Assembly: GCF_000007225.1 (NCBI RefSeq)
Contig: NC_003364.1
Coordinates: 1,530,001 to 1,562,000, forward strand
Length of the DNA stretch: 32,000 nt
DNA from: Pyrobaculum aerophilum str. IM2
GTDB lineage: Archaea; Thermoproteota; Thermoprotei; Thermoproteales; Thermoproteaceae
Direction: 5' to 3'
In this document: one piece after another, positions 7,784-16,017 of the stretch
Layout: each line of letters opens with the position of its first letter
How positions within the stretch are numbered: the first letter of the stretch is position 1
Position numbers and translations under genes: made by a program
Notes under the pieces: model-generated
Seen by the model: the letters and a program-made list of their open reading frames with translations, nothing else
What the model was told of the DNA's origin: nothing
The model's database searches: none

Positions 7784-9384
7784 TTTCCCAGCGCTAATTG
7801 TACTCCTAGTTTACCCGATATGTAATCAGCTAGTTCTCTTAAGTCTATTCTAGCAATGAAGGTAGGAAAGTCCTCACCTGGTGCCCGCTTATTGATGTAA
7901 TATTCAACAAGGTAAGTTATGCAGTCCTTAATCTTATCTGCAGGCACTTTTTTAAACAATACTTTGCCTATGGCGGTCCTTTTACCATAATCCCCTCCTA
8001 CTAAGACATCATACGCTTTAACAAACCTTCCATCAGGCATTTTAGCCGTGGTGGCCATAAGGCCTATGTTCCCAATCCAATACCATGCACAAGCGTGTGG
8101 ACAGCCCACAATATGTATAGGAGGAAGATCCTGTATTTCGCCGAATCTCTCTTTCAAGCTTTTTATTAATTCAAGTAGAAGTCCCTTCGTGTCGGAAATA
8201 GAGTAATTACAATAGGGATCTCCAGTGCAAGCCACAGACATGGCCACAAGAGGCGTCTGTTCTACAGCATAACCCCACTTCTGGCAAAACTCTTTCACGA
8301 TCTCAACCTTGTCCTCCGGGACGCCTGCTAGAATTAAATTCTGACGTTGCGTCAGCCTCACTTCCTTGACTCCCACAGCTTCTGCTAAATCTGCAAGCTT
8401 TATCAAGAACTCCCCTGTCACTATCCCTGCTGGTATGGCAACTCCGACAGCATATGTGCCGTCTTTAAGCCGTTCTACCCCTATATGATCGGTCTTGCCC
8501 AGAGACTCAGGCTTAGAAGGATAATCTTCCAGCCTTTGACCTAATCGATTTTCTACAAGCTCTCTGAACTTATCTACCCCAAGATCGTCGATCATAAACT
8601 TAATTCTAGCTCTAACACGGGAGAGACGATATCTAGGCTCTTCTCTCCAGACATCTAATACAGCTTTTACAAACTCAATAACCATTTCTCTAGGCACAAA
8701 TACTGGCATATGCCTTCCTACACGAGGCGCCAGAGAGAGACCGCCGCCAATCAGTACTGTATAACCGTATTTGCCGTCTTTGGTGACTCCTATCAAAGCT
8801 AAATCTTGAATTTCGGGTACGCTGCACATATAAGGACACGCGGTGATTGTGATTTTAAACTTCCTGGGTAAATCAGCATATATGGGATCCAAGAGAAAGG
8901 CCTTATCTATTTTATATACATCATCTCTAACATCAAACAACTCATTAACGGTAAGGCCTGCCAGAGGGCAAGTGGTTATATTCCTTACCGTATCCCCCTC
9001 TGTTCCTATAGTTAAAATCCCCACATCTTTTAACTGAGCAAGTACTTCTGGAAGGTACTTAAGCTCTATCCAGTGTAACTGGATGTCTTGTCTAACAGTT
9101 ATCTCGGCGTAATTCTTGCCATATTTATAAGACAATTCCCCAATTCTCCGCAATTGATGCGGTTTTAAAATACCACCAGGTATCCTAAGGCGTAACATGA
9201 GATACCCGGTCCTAGGCCTATCATGTACTACCCCTAGCCAGTATAACCTGATAAACTCCTCTTCGGGTATATCGCTGTAGTGGCGCCTAGCCAAGGTTTC
9301 CAGCTCCTCAAGTAATTTAAAGGGATGTTTGTCCCGTTTAATTTTCTCTATTAAATTCTTCTTGTAGACCTCCTCCCAGCTCAT
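7780..9384 (-). CDS. sir: Assimilatory-type sulfite (nitrite/sulfite) reductase hemoprotein, ferredoxin-dependent type
   Basis: Duplicated NIR_SIR architecture with the siroheme/[4Fe-4S] motifs ACTGDPYC (CX5C) and GCPHAC (CX3C). I prefer ATG 9384 (MSWEEVYKK) to GTG 9420. Confidence 0.9.
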   Translation of the reverse strand: MSWEEVYKKNLIEKIKRDKHPFKLLEELETLARRHYSDIPEEEFIRLYWLGVVHDRPRTGYLMLRLRIPGGILKPHQLRRIGELSYKYGKNYAEITVRQDIQLHWIELKYLPEVLAQLKDVGILTIGTEGDTVRNITTCPLAGLTVNELFDVRDDVYKIDKAFLLDPIYADLPRKFKITITACPYMCSVPEIQDLALIGVTKDGKYGYTVLIGGGLSLAPRVGRHMPVFVPREMVIEFVKAVLDVWREEPRYRLSRVRARIKFMIDDLGVDKFRELVENRLGQRLEDYPSKPESLGKTDHIGVERLKDGTYAVGVAIPAGIVTGEFLIKLADLAEAVGVKEVRLTQRQNLILAGVPEDKVEIVKEFCQKWGYAVEQTPLVAMSVACTGDPYCNYSISDTKGLLLELIKSLKERFGEIQDLPPIHIVGCPHACAWYWIGNIGLMATTAKMPDGRFVKAYDVLVGGDYGKRTAIGKVLFKKVPADKIKDCITYLVEYYINKRAPGEDFPTFIARIDLRELADYISGKLGVQLALGK

Positions 9385-9493
9385 CTTACGTTTTCTCGAA
9401 AAGTCGTTAAAAAGAAACACATTCCCTGAAAAATTTTCAAGGGAGAATTTTCACTTTTCGAATAGTTATAATTGGAAAACTTTCCTTCGGATC
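9385..9493. promoter_or_regulatory. Divergent promoter region between sir and the TauE/SafE gene
   Basis: A 109-bp AT-rich spacer. atagttataatt lies ~20 nt upstream of ATG 9494, and minus-strand ctttttaac lies ~21 nt upstream of ATG 9384. Confidence 0.4.
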
Positions 9494-10360
9494 ATGCCGA
9501 GCTATGCACTGGACCCCCTTATTGCAAGCATTATATTTTTTATAGCCTCTGTGCCAATGGGGGCTTTTGCGTATGGGTTTTCAAGCATTTCTGCCCCCCT
9601 ATTACTTCTATGGTATACAAATAAACAGGTAGTCCCCGTGTTAAACCTTATAGAAGTTTTTCAAAATACAGCTATGATAATAATGAACAGAAGGGGTCTT
9701 ACAAAACGAGTATTATTTCAGATATTACCTTTTGCAAGCGGCGTGGTACCGGGAATATTTCTTGGCGTATACATACTTAACTACGGCGATCCCCAGTTTC
9801 TCAAATTAATGGCATATTCGGTTTTAACGCCACTTGTTTTACTACAAGCAGCAGGCATAAGAAGACCTTTAGGCGCGACATGGCTCCCCATGACGGGGAT
9901 CGCCGTGGGAACGCTATATGGCTCAACTACAATCTCTGGTCCGTTAATAGCCCTAGTTCTCAACAACAACGGTTTAGTTAAGGATGAGTTTAGAGCTGGG
10001 ATGTCCGTAGTGAGAGTGATCGAATCATATTTCACGGCAACGTTATACTTAATACACGGTTATTTCACACTAGGTGTAGTGTATACCGCGGCTATAACAT
10101 CACTACCCATAATCTTGGGAATAGCGCTAGGCAGATGGATAGTAGCACATGTAAGGCCCGAGCTTTTTAGAAGACTTGTTATGAGTTTTGATGCGTGGGT
10201 AGTAGGATATGGTCTGTCCAACACAGCGGCACAATTAAAAATAATACCAGCAACCTGGGCACCATTGCTCTTCTTAGCGGTGGCACTTACAGATTCTTTA
10301 TTGTTCGTTTTATATCTAAGGGGTAGACTTCAGCCAAGAGTATTTGGTATACATGCTTAA
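9494..10360 (+). CDS. TauE/SafE (DUF81, TSUP) family anion permease, putative sulfite/sulfonate transporter
   Basis: 288 aa, very hydrophobic with ~8 predicted helices. Gly-rich helix motifs (GAFAYGFSSISAP, GTLYGSTTISGP) are typical of the two-repeat TSUP fold. Confidence 0.75.
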   Translation: MPSYALDPLIASIIFFIASVPMGAFAYGFSSISAPLLLLWYTNKQVVPVLNLIEVFQNTAMIIMNRRGLTKRVLFQILPFASGVVPGIFLGVYILNYGDPQFLKLMAYSVLTPLVLLQAAGIRRPLGATWLPMTGIAVGTLYGSTTISGPLIALVLNNNGLVKDEFRAGMSVVRVIESYFTATLYLIHGYFTLGVVYTAAITSLPIILGIALGRWIVAHVRPELFRRLVMSFDAWVVGYGLSNTAAQLKIIPATWAPLLFLAVALTDSLLFVLYLRGRLQPRVFGIHA

Positions 10361-10456
10361 ATAATAGTAATTTTAGTATTCAGCATTCTTAAAATTTCGC
10401 AATGACAATTTTTCATTATGCGGGATCTATAAAAAACCGTTAAGTAATTCCACATA

Positions 10457-10723
10457 ATGAAAATCTACGTAAAATTCCTAGGTCCTTATATGGAAAAAGC
10501 CGGCACATCGGACGACGAAGTGGAAATAGATAATGAGATTACGCTGGGTGAGCTACTAGAACTAATGGCAAGAAAATATAACATTACAGAGCTATTAAAC
10601 TTCCCCAATTCTCAAGAGGTAGCAGTTTTAGTTAATGGAACACAGGCTGATGATGTAAAAAAACGGCTGAGTGACGGCGATGAGGTGGTTATCTTACCAG
10701 CATTAGCCGGCGGATGTTCATAG
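10457..10723 (+). CDS. ThiS/MoaD-type ubiquitin-like sulfur carrier ending ...AGG-CS
   Basis: 88 aa with the beta-grasp pattern (KIYVKFLG...LVNG...DGDEVVILPALAGGCS). The diglycine is followed by two extra residues. Confidence 0.75.
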   Translation: MKIYVKFLGPYMEKAGTSDDEVEIDNEITLGELLELMARKYNITELLNFPNSQEVAVLVNGTQADDVKKRLSDGDEVVILPALAGGCS

Positions 10724-11409
10724 ATATAGACCATTTTAAGCTAAATGAAGTTATAATCATTGACGCAAGGCCGCGTATTTTTTATACGAAATCGCACATA
10801 AAAGACGCGGTAAATATTCCTATTTCTCAAATCATGGATCCCCTCACAGGTATGCCCAAACCTCCTGAGGAACTTTCAGATGTCTTTACTAATGCTGGTA
10901 TCGTGGAGAATGTGCCAATAGTAATATATGATGACTACCCCGGAGTTAATGCGGCCAGATTGGCGTGGACTTTACACTACTGTGGCTTAAAAAACGTAGC
11001 TATCATAAGGAAGTTCTTCAGATATATTTCTGCTCATCTCCCTATCGAAAACTCTAACGCCCCTCCTCAACGGGGTAGGGTTAGGTGTGTACAAAACCCA
11101 AATGTATTGGCGGATTACGACACTGTGAAGAATTATAAGGGCCTTATAGTAGATTTAAGAAGTCGCCGTGAATATATAAAGGGACACATAAAGGGGGCTG
11201 TAAACATACCATGGAGCGATCTCATAAATAATGAGGGCTTTTTAAACGATTATACATGGCTCCCACATGACGAGGAAGTGATCGTCTATTGTGGTCAAGG
11301 TCTCTACTCGGCCATCGGCTATGTGGCATATGCAGACTTGGGAATAAGGGTTAGGCTATATGCCGGAGGATATCAAGACTGGCTTAAACACGAAGCTAAC
11401 CAGGAATAG
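10714..11409 (+). CDS. Tandem-rhodanese sulfurtransferase
   Basis: Two rhodanese modules. The N-terminal one is inactive (YDDYPG). The C-terminal one carries the active-site loop VYCGQGLYS. It overlaps the carrier gene by 10 nt. Confidence 0.85.
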   Translation: MFIDIDHFKLNEVIIIDARPRIFYTKSHIKDAVNIPISQIMDPLTGMPKPPEELSDVFTNAGIVENVPIVIYDDYPGVNAARLAWTLHYCGLKNVAIIRKFFRYISAHLPIENSNAPPQRGRVRCVQNPNVLADYDTVKNYKGLIVDLRSRREYIKGHIKGAVNIPWSDLINNEGFLNDYTWLPHDEEVIVYCGQGLYSAIGYVAYADLGIRVRLYAGGYQDWLKHEANQE

Positions 11410-11536
11410 TTTATCGTTAAATTATCTCTTATAATTATCCCGGGCTCTTTATCATATGTATTTCCGTTAAGACGTTCGCCGTAGCTGTTTCTTGACGTGG
11501 GTGCACCTCTCTGCAAAACTTAGAGGCACGGGGCTT

Positions 11537-11847
11537 GTGGTGTTAGAGCTTTTAAAGCCTTGGAGAGATCCGGCGGGTTATAAGAGGGGAGGCTGTTGGA
11601 GGCCAGGTATGAGGCGGAGCTTGCGCTTAAGTTTTTAGAACAGGGGCTTTACAGAAACGCCGCCGGCAGGGCGTTTCAGGCGTGGAGAGCCTTGCTGGCG
11701 GCCATCGCCGTGGATTACGGCCACGTCATAGCCGAGAGTTTTAAGGGAGTTAAGGCGACTAGAGAGGACAAGAGGGTTTGCCTAGCCGATTTTATAATTG
11801 CCTTCACGCCCACAGGCTATATGCTGGCAGTAGCTAAGGCGTTATAA
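11537..11847 (+). pseudogene. PaREP1-family gene, apparently frameshifted near its 5' end
   Basis: The hallmark GLYRNAAGRAFQAWRALLAA is in ORF 11596-11847. The expected N-terminal LKPWRDPAGYKRG is in another frame just upstream (from GTG 11537/11540). The two frames join if the G4 run at 11586-11589 gains one G. Confidence 0.6.
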
Positions 11848-11930
11848 GACGTTACTGGGGTTAAACTCGCCGACTTGACTGCCCAAGATAGGAAGACATT
11901 ACACATTCTCGTCTCGTTCCCAATGATTAT

Positions 11931-13347
11931 TCAAAAAAATAAATTCTTCTCCCTTAAGGTATTGCCCTTGCCCGCACGCGCCGTAATGCCATACTGGCGC
12001 TGGAACGCCCAGAGAGTTGAACGGGAACACAAGGCCCTCAAGACGTTGTATGTGTAGGGGTGTATGTGTAAATACTGGGCGTGCATATTCCACTTAACCA
12101 CGCCGTCCCAGCCGCCCCCACTCCCACTCCCCTCTCCAGCCGTATTGCCAGCTTAGGCCTCTCTATATTATCCTTAGAGTAGTGAAACTCGTGGCCGATG
12201 ATCCTCGCCCCGACGGGGGCTATGGGAGTTTCGCCCACCACCTCCCCCCAGGCGTAGCCCTTGCCCACTGGCCTTTCGAGCATTACAGTGACGGCGTCTA
12301 AAGCCCCCACCATTTCGTACTCGCTCCTGTCTATTATTATAGAAGAAGTCATGTACATCAAGCCGCCGCATTCGGCGTACAGCCTCCCGCCCCCCTCTAT
12401 GTATTTCAACAATGCCCTTCTAAACGGCCTGTTCCTCTCCAGCCCCTCTGCCATTACCTCCGGAAACCCCCCGCCTACTACTACCACGTCTACAGGCGGA
12501 ACCTCTTGGTCTCTTAACGAGTCGAGAAATATTAAGTGCCCCAGAGAGGCCGCCTCTTCTAAAAGCTCGGGGTAGTAGAAGGTGAAGGCTCTGTCCATAA
12601 TTACGCCTATTTTACAGCCAAGGGGCTTGGGCGATTCGTCGGACAGATCTGCCTCCACCTCCCCGGCCCTTTTCGCTATAGACAATACGGCATCTAAGTC
12701 GAGGTGGGGCAAGACGTAATTCTCCAAAACCTCCACAATTCCGCTAGAATCAAGGCGCTCGTCAACAGGGACGAGGCCTAGGTGGCGGTAGGAAAAGGCC
12801 TCTGATATTTTCTTAGATTTAGGCACCACCCCCACCACCTCAACCCCCTCCTCTGGAATTGATTTAACAAGCTTCTCAGCCTGTCTGGGAGTTACATTTG
12901 TCAACACCACTCCCGCGATGTCCACCTGGGGGTCAAAGGCCCTCAGCCCCCTCACCACGGCCCTTAGAGTTCTGTTAACTCTCTCGCCGTTTAATACTAA
13001 AATCACAGGGGCTTTGAGAATTTTGGCCACCTGGGCAGTGGAGCCGGTTTCAGTAACGCCGTCTACCGAGTCGTACAAGCCCAAAACTCCCTCAATAATC
13101 GCAACGTCGGAGCCCGCGGCGTATTTAACAAACCTCTTCTTTACCCCCTCCACCCCCATTAACATAACGTCGAGATTTCTGCCGGGCCTTCCAGCGGCAA
13201 CTTTGTGGTAAGAGGGGTCGATGTAGTCAGGCCCGATTTTAAAAGGGGCTATTTTAAGCCCCCTTTTAGCCAGTCCGTAATCCCCAGGGATATAATAGTC
13301 TTGCCCGACATCCCCTTAGGCGCCGAGATTACCACGCGCGGGATCAC
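11931..13347 (-). pseudogene. CbiA/CobB-family a,c-diamide synthase (DsrN-like siroheme amidase candidate), disrupted by at least two frameshifts
   Basis: Three frames read in sequence. First: VIPRVVISAPKGMSGKTIISLG..LKGGLK* (13347-13249). Second: IAPFKIGPDYIDPSYH...GHEFHYS...LERGVGV. Third: GGGWDGVVKWNMHAQYLHIHP... (to TGA 11931-11933). The shifts coincide with the A4/G5 runs at 13252-13263 and the G5 run at 12115-12119. The 3' end is uncertain. Confidence 0.75.
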
Positions 13348-13396
13348 GTAAAAGCGTCGATGTAATTTAAAAACCTTTATTACCCAATTCCTAGAA

Positions 13397-13975
13397 CTAC
13401 CTCCTCCTGGCCTTCACCCTCAAAATCCCAGGCGCCGTGACGAGATCTGCGATTTCGTACCCCAAGTCCTCCAACATGCACTTAACTGCCGAGGCCGTGA
13501 CTTCGACGCTCTCCATGCTGTACCCCACTCCTATTGTGTCGAGGACGAACTCGCCTCCCTCCGCCTTGATTTCAAACCTCCTGGCGGGCACCACGTTGGC
13601 GAGGTATCTGGCAAAATATGTGGCGTTTTCCAACGTGCCGAAAACGGCCTTTATATACCCGGCCAACATCTTACCGGCCTCGCACCACACGCCCAAGGCC
13701 ACCTCTTTATTTAATTTAGACATCTCCACAACCATTTTATCCAGCAGGCGGCCGGGCACTGGCACAGTCTCTAACTCAGTCATAACTTTATAAAACGTGG
13801 CTATGTCTTTAATTTGTTGTACTGAAAAGCCCTCTTTTATTAACGTCAAGCCTACGCTTAATATCTGATTAGCCAGGGCGAATTGAGTAAATCCCATTGA
13901 CTCCGCCGTGTTTGCCAACTCCTCGGCCAGCTCTCTGGCTACTGCGATATTAACTCTGTCTTTCTTCGCGCTCAC
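13397..13975 (-). CDS. Hypothetical protein with a possible ribbon-helix-helix-like N-terminus
   Basis: 192-aa ORF with a GTG start. The N-terminus KKDRVNIAVARELAEELANTAESMG resembles a CopG/RHH strand-helix. The rest is unrecognised. Confidence 0.45.
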   Translation of the reverse strand: MSAKKDRVNIAVARELAEELANTAESMGFTQFALANQILSVGLTLIKEGFSVQQIKDIATFYKVMTELETVPVPGRLLDKMVVEMSKLNKEVALGVWCEAGKMLAGYIKAVFGTLENATYFARYLANVVPARRFEIKAEGGEFVLDTIGVGYSMESVEVTASAVKCMLEDLGYEIADLVTAPGILRVKARRR

Positions 13976-14051
13976 GAAATTTTATAAAACACACATTTTT
14001 ATGTTTAATTGTTATGTTAACGCGAATATGGCTGTGAAGTTTTGACTCCCC

Positions 14052-14444
14052 TTAAATACTCTGCCCCTCACTGTGTGAAAATATGCAATTTAAAACCCTC
14101 TTTGCTATCTCTCTGGCCAGTAACTCTACATACCCCCTCCCCAGCAAGTTCACCACCCCCCTCTGCCTTCCCCTGAAAGTCCACGTCTTTCCGTCAACTG
14201 TCAGCACGAACTCCAGCCTGCTGCCCGGCGCCAATCCAAAACCCTCGAAAAGAAGCTTTCCATTTCCAAGCCTCCTCTTAATGTAGAGCCTGGTTTTAGG
14301 CAGTAGCCACTTGTCCACATTTGGCTCAAAAATCGCGTAACCTCCCTCCTCTCCCACATATCTCCACCCCATGCACTGCATGACGGCGATGATCTCCACT
14401 TCGCCCACGGGCGCCTCTAGCTCGCCTCGGAGCTCAAAATCCAC
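14052..14444 (-). CDS. Hypothetical protein
   Basis: 130-aa ORF with a GTG start and coding-like composition. No recognisable motif. Confidence 0.4.
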   Translation of the reverse strand: MDFELRGELEAPVGEVEIIAVMQCMGWRYVGEEGGYAIFEPNVDKWLLPKTRLYIKRRLGNGKLLFEGFGLAPGSRLEFVLTVDGKTWTFRGRQRGVVNLLGRGYVELLAREIAKRVLNCIFSHSEGQSI

Positions 14445-14485
14445 GGCTTAATGTCTTTGTTATAAATACATATCTACACACCAAC

Positions 14486-15193
14486 ATGCGGGTTGTTGTC
14501 ACAAGCCCCTTCGCGGGAGAGGCTTTTACAAGAGTGTTAAAAGGCGTGGAGGTGGCCGTGGCCCCGGTGTTAAAACTAATGCCTGTGAAAGTAGAAGGGG
14601 AGGCGGTTGCGAGCGCCGTGTCGAACAGCGACTTGGTGGTCTTCGTCTCCGGCAGGGCGGCTTATAGGCTCAGAGAAGAGGGCATACGCCTAGATCTCGC
14701 CGGCAAGATCGTGGCGACGGCTGAGGGGAGAAAGGGGGCTGTGATGGTGAAAAACGCCTTTGGAGTAGAGCCGCAGTTAGTGGCCGACAGCGCGGAGGAG
14801 CTGGCACGGTTGATTGAGAGTTGCCGCGTCGCCACTGTGTTCCACCACGGGGAGCGGGCTGAGGAGTTGATGAAAAGGCTGAGCTCTCTGTGCAGCCGGG
14901 CGTACGAGTTCTTCACCTACAGGGCAGTGCCTGACGACGAAGCGCTCCGCGCCCTACCCCCCGGCGAGGTCTACGTATTTTTCAGCGCCCTGGCGGCTGA
15001 GCTTGTGGCCGCGCGGAGGAGGGACGTGTTAGAGAGAGCCGTTATCATCGCGGCGGGCCCTGCGGTGAAAGCCGCGTTGGAAAAACACGGCTTAAATGCC
15101 GCAGTCCCGCCGAGCGGGCGCATCGGAGAAGTCGCTTTATTTGTCAAGCGCCTTGTTGAGGAACTCGGCAACAGCCTCGGCCAGATAGGCTAA
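14486..15193 (+). CDS. Uroporphyrinogen-III synthase-like (HemD family) protein
   Basis: Two-lobed HemD-like pattern: VVVTSP...DLVVFVSGRAA...IVATAEG...VYVFFSALAAE...IIAAGPAVKAAL. Confidence 0.55.
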   Translation: MRVVVTSPFAGEAFTRVLKGVEVAVAPVLKLMPVKVEGEAVASAVSNSDLVVFVSGRAAYRLREEGIRLDLAGKIVATAEGRKGAVMVKNAFGVEPQLVADSAEELARLIESCRVATVFHHGERAEELMKRLSSLCSRAYEFFTYRAVPDDEALRALPPGEVYVFFSALAAELVAARRRDVLERAVIIAAGPAVKAALEKHGLNAAVPPSGRIGEVALFVKRLVEELGNSLGQIG

Positions 15194-15958
15194 AAAGGGC
15201 TTCTCGGGGACTATAACCCTCGTGACGCCGTATTTCCTCACCTCTTGCTCAGTCACGGGGCCCACAACCGCTATAACTGACCTCCCCGAATTCGCCGTCT
15301 CCACCACTTCGCGCAAAATGCCGGCGCGCTCAACGGCTTTGAGAAAGGCCTCGGCCCCCAGGGCGCTGGTGAAAATAAGTATGTGATTCCCCTCTAAAAA
15401 CCTCCTCGCCGCCTCCAAGGCGTTTGCCTCGGGGGCCTCCTCCGTTGTGTAGACCTGGACGTATTTGACGTCAGCGGCGATTTTCCTCAACTCCTCCAGA
15501 AGCTCTGAGTCAACAGCGCCGTAGAACGACACCACCAGCCTCTTCCCCCTCAGCGCCTCTGCCGCTCTTACGAGCAACTCGTCGGAGGTCTCGCCGTAAT
15601 TGGGGCACTCAAGGTGGAAGTGCGTCTTGACGTTGCCAGAGGCCTTCATTCCCCTGCAGAGGAGCTCCCTCTGCGAGAGGAGCGTCCTCACTTCCTCAAG
15701 CCTCTGCGCCCTTTTGGCCAGCTCGGCGAGACCCCACGCCGATTGGCCGGTCATGAATAACACGGCTTGTGACCACGTCAAATGGCCTATGACAGTGCTG
15801 ATATCGCTACCGCTCTCCTCCACTTTAACCGTTGGTAGGTATACGGGCTCTCCCCCCGCCTTTATTATGAGCTTGGCCAACAGCTCGGCCTTGGAGGGCC
15901 TCCCCGACGTGATAATCACCGTCCACTTGCCCACGCCCTCTATATATTCTACCTTCAT
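15137..15958 (-). CDS. Uroporphyrinogen-III synthase-like (HemD family) protein, second paralogue
   Basis: HemD-like pattern: VIITSGRP...AVLFMTGQSA...LIFTSALGAEAF...IAVVGPVTEQEVRKYG. The 3' end overlaps the convergent HemD-like gene by 57 nt. Confidence 0.6.
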   Translation of the reverse strand: MKVEYIEGVGKWTVIITSGRPSKAELLAKLIIKAGGEPVYLPTVKVEESGSDISTVIGHLTWSQAVLFMTGQSAWGLAELAKRAQRLEEVRTLLSQRELLCRGMKASGNVKTHFHLECPNYGETSDELLVRAAEALRGKRLVVSFYGAVDSELLEELRKIAADVKYVQVYTTEEAPEANALEAARRFLEGNHILIFTSALGAEAFLKAVERAGILREVVETANSGRSVIAVVGPVTEQEVRKYGVTRVIVPEKPFLAYLAEAVAEFLNKALDK

Positions 15959-16017
15959 AAGTCTTTATTTCACATTTAGGAGAAATAAGGGTTTTTAGAC
16001 TAGATCGATAGGCACTT

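Noticed and set aside
11875-12093. ORFs 11875-12057 (+) and 11899-12093 (-), as independent small genes.
   Set aside because: The region is best explained as the frameshifted 3' end of the CbiA/DsrN-like gene. The HAQYLHIHP segment is in yet another frame. The listed ORFs are by-products of that decay.
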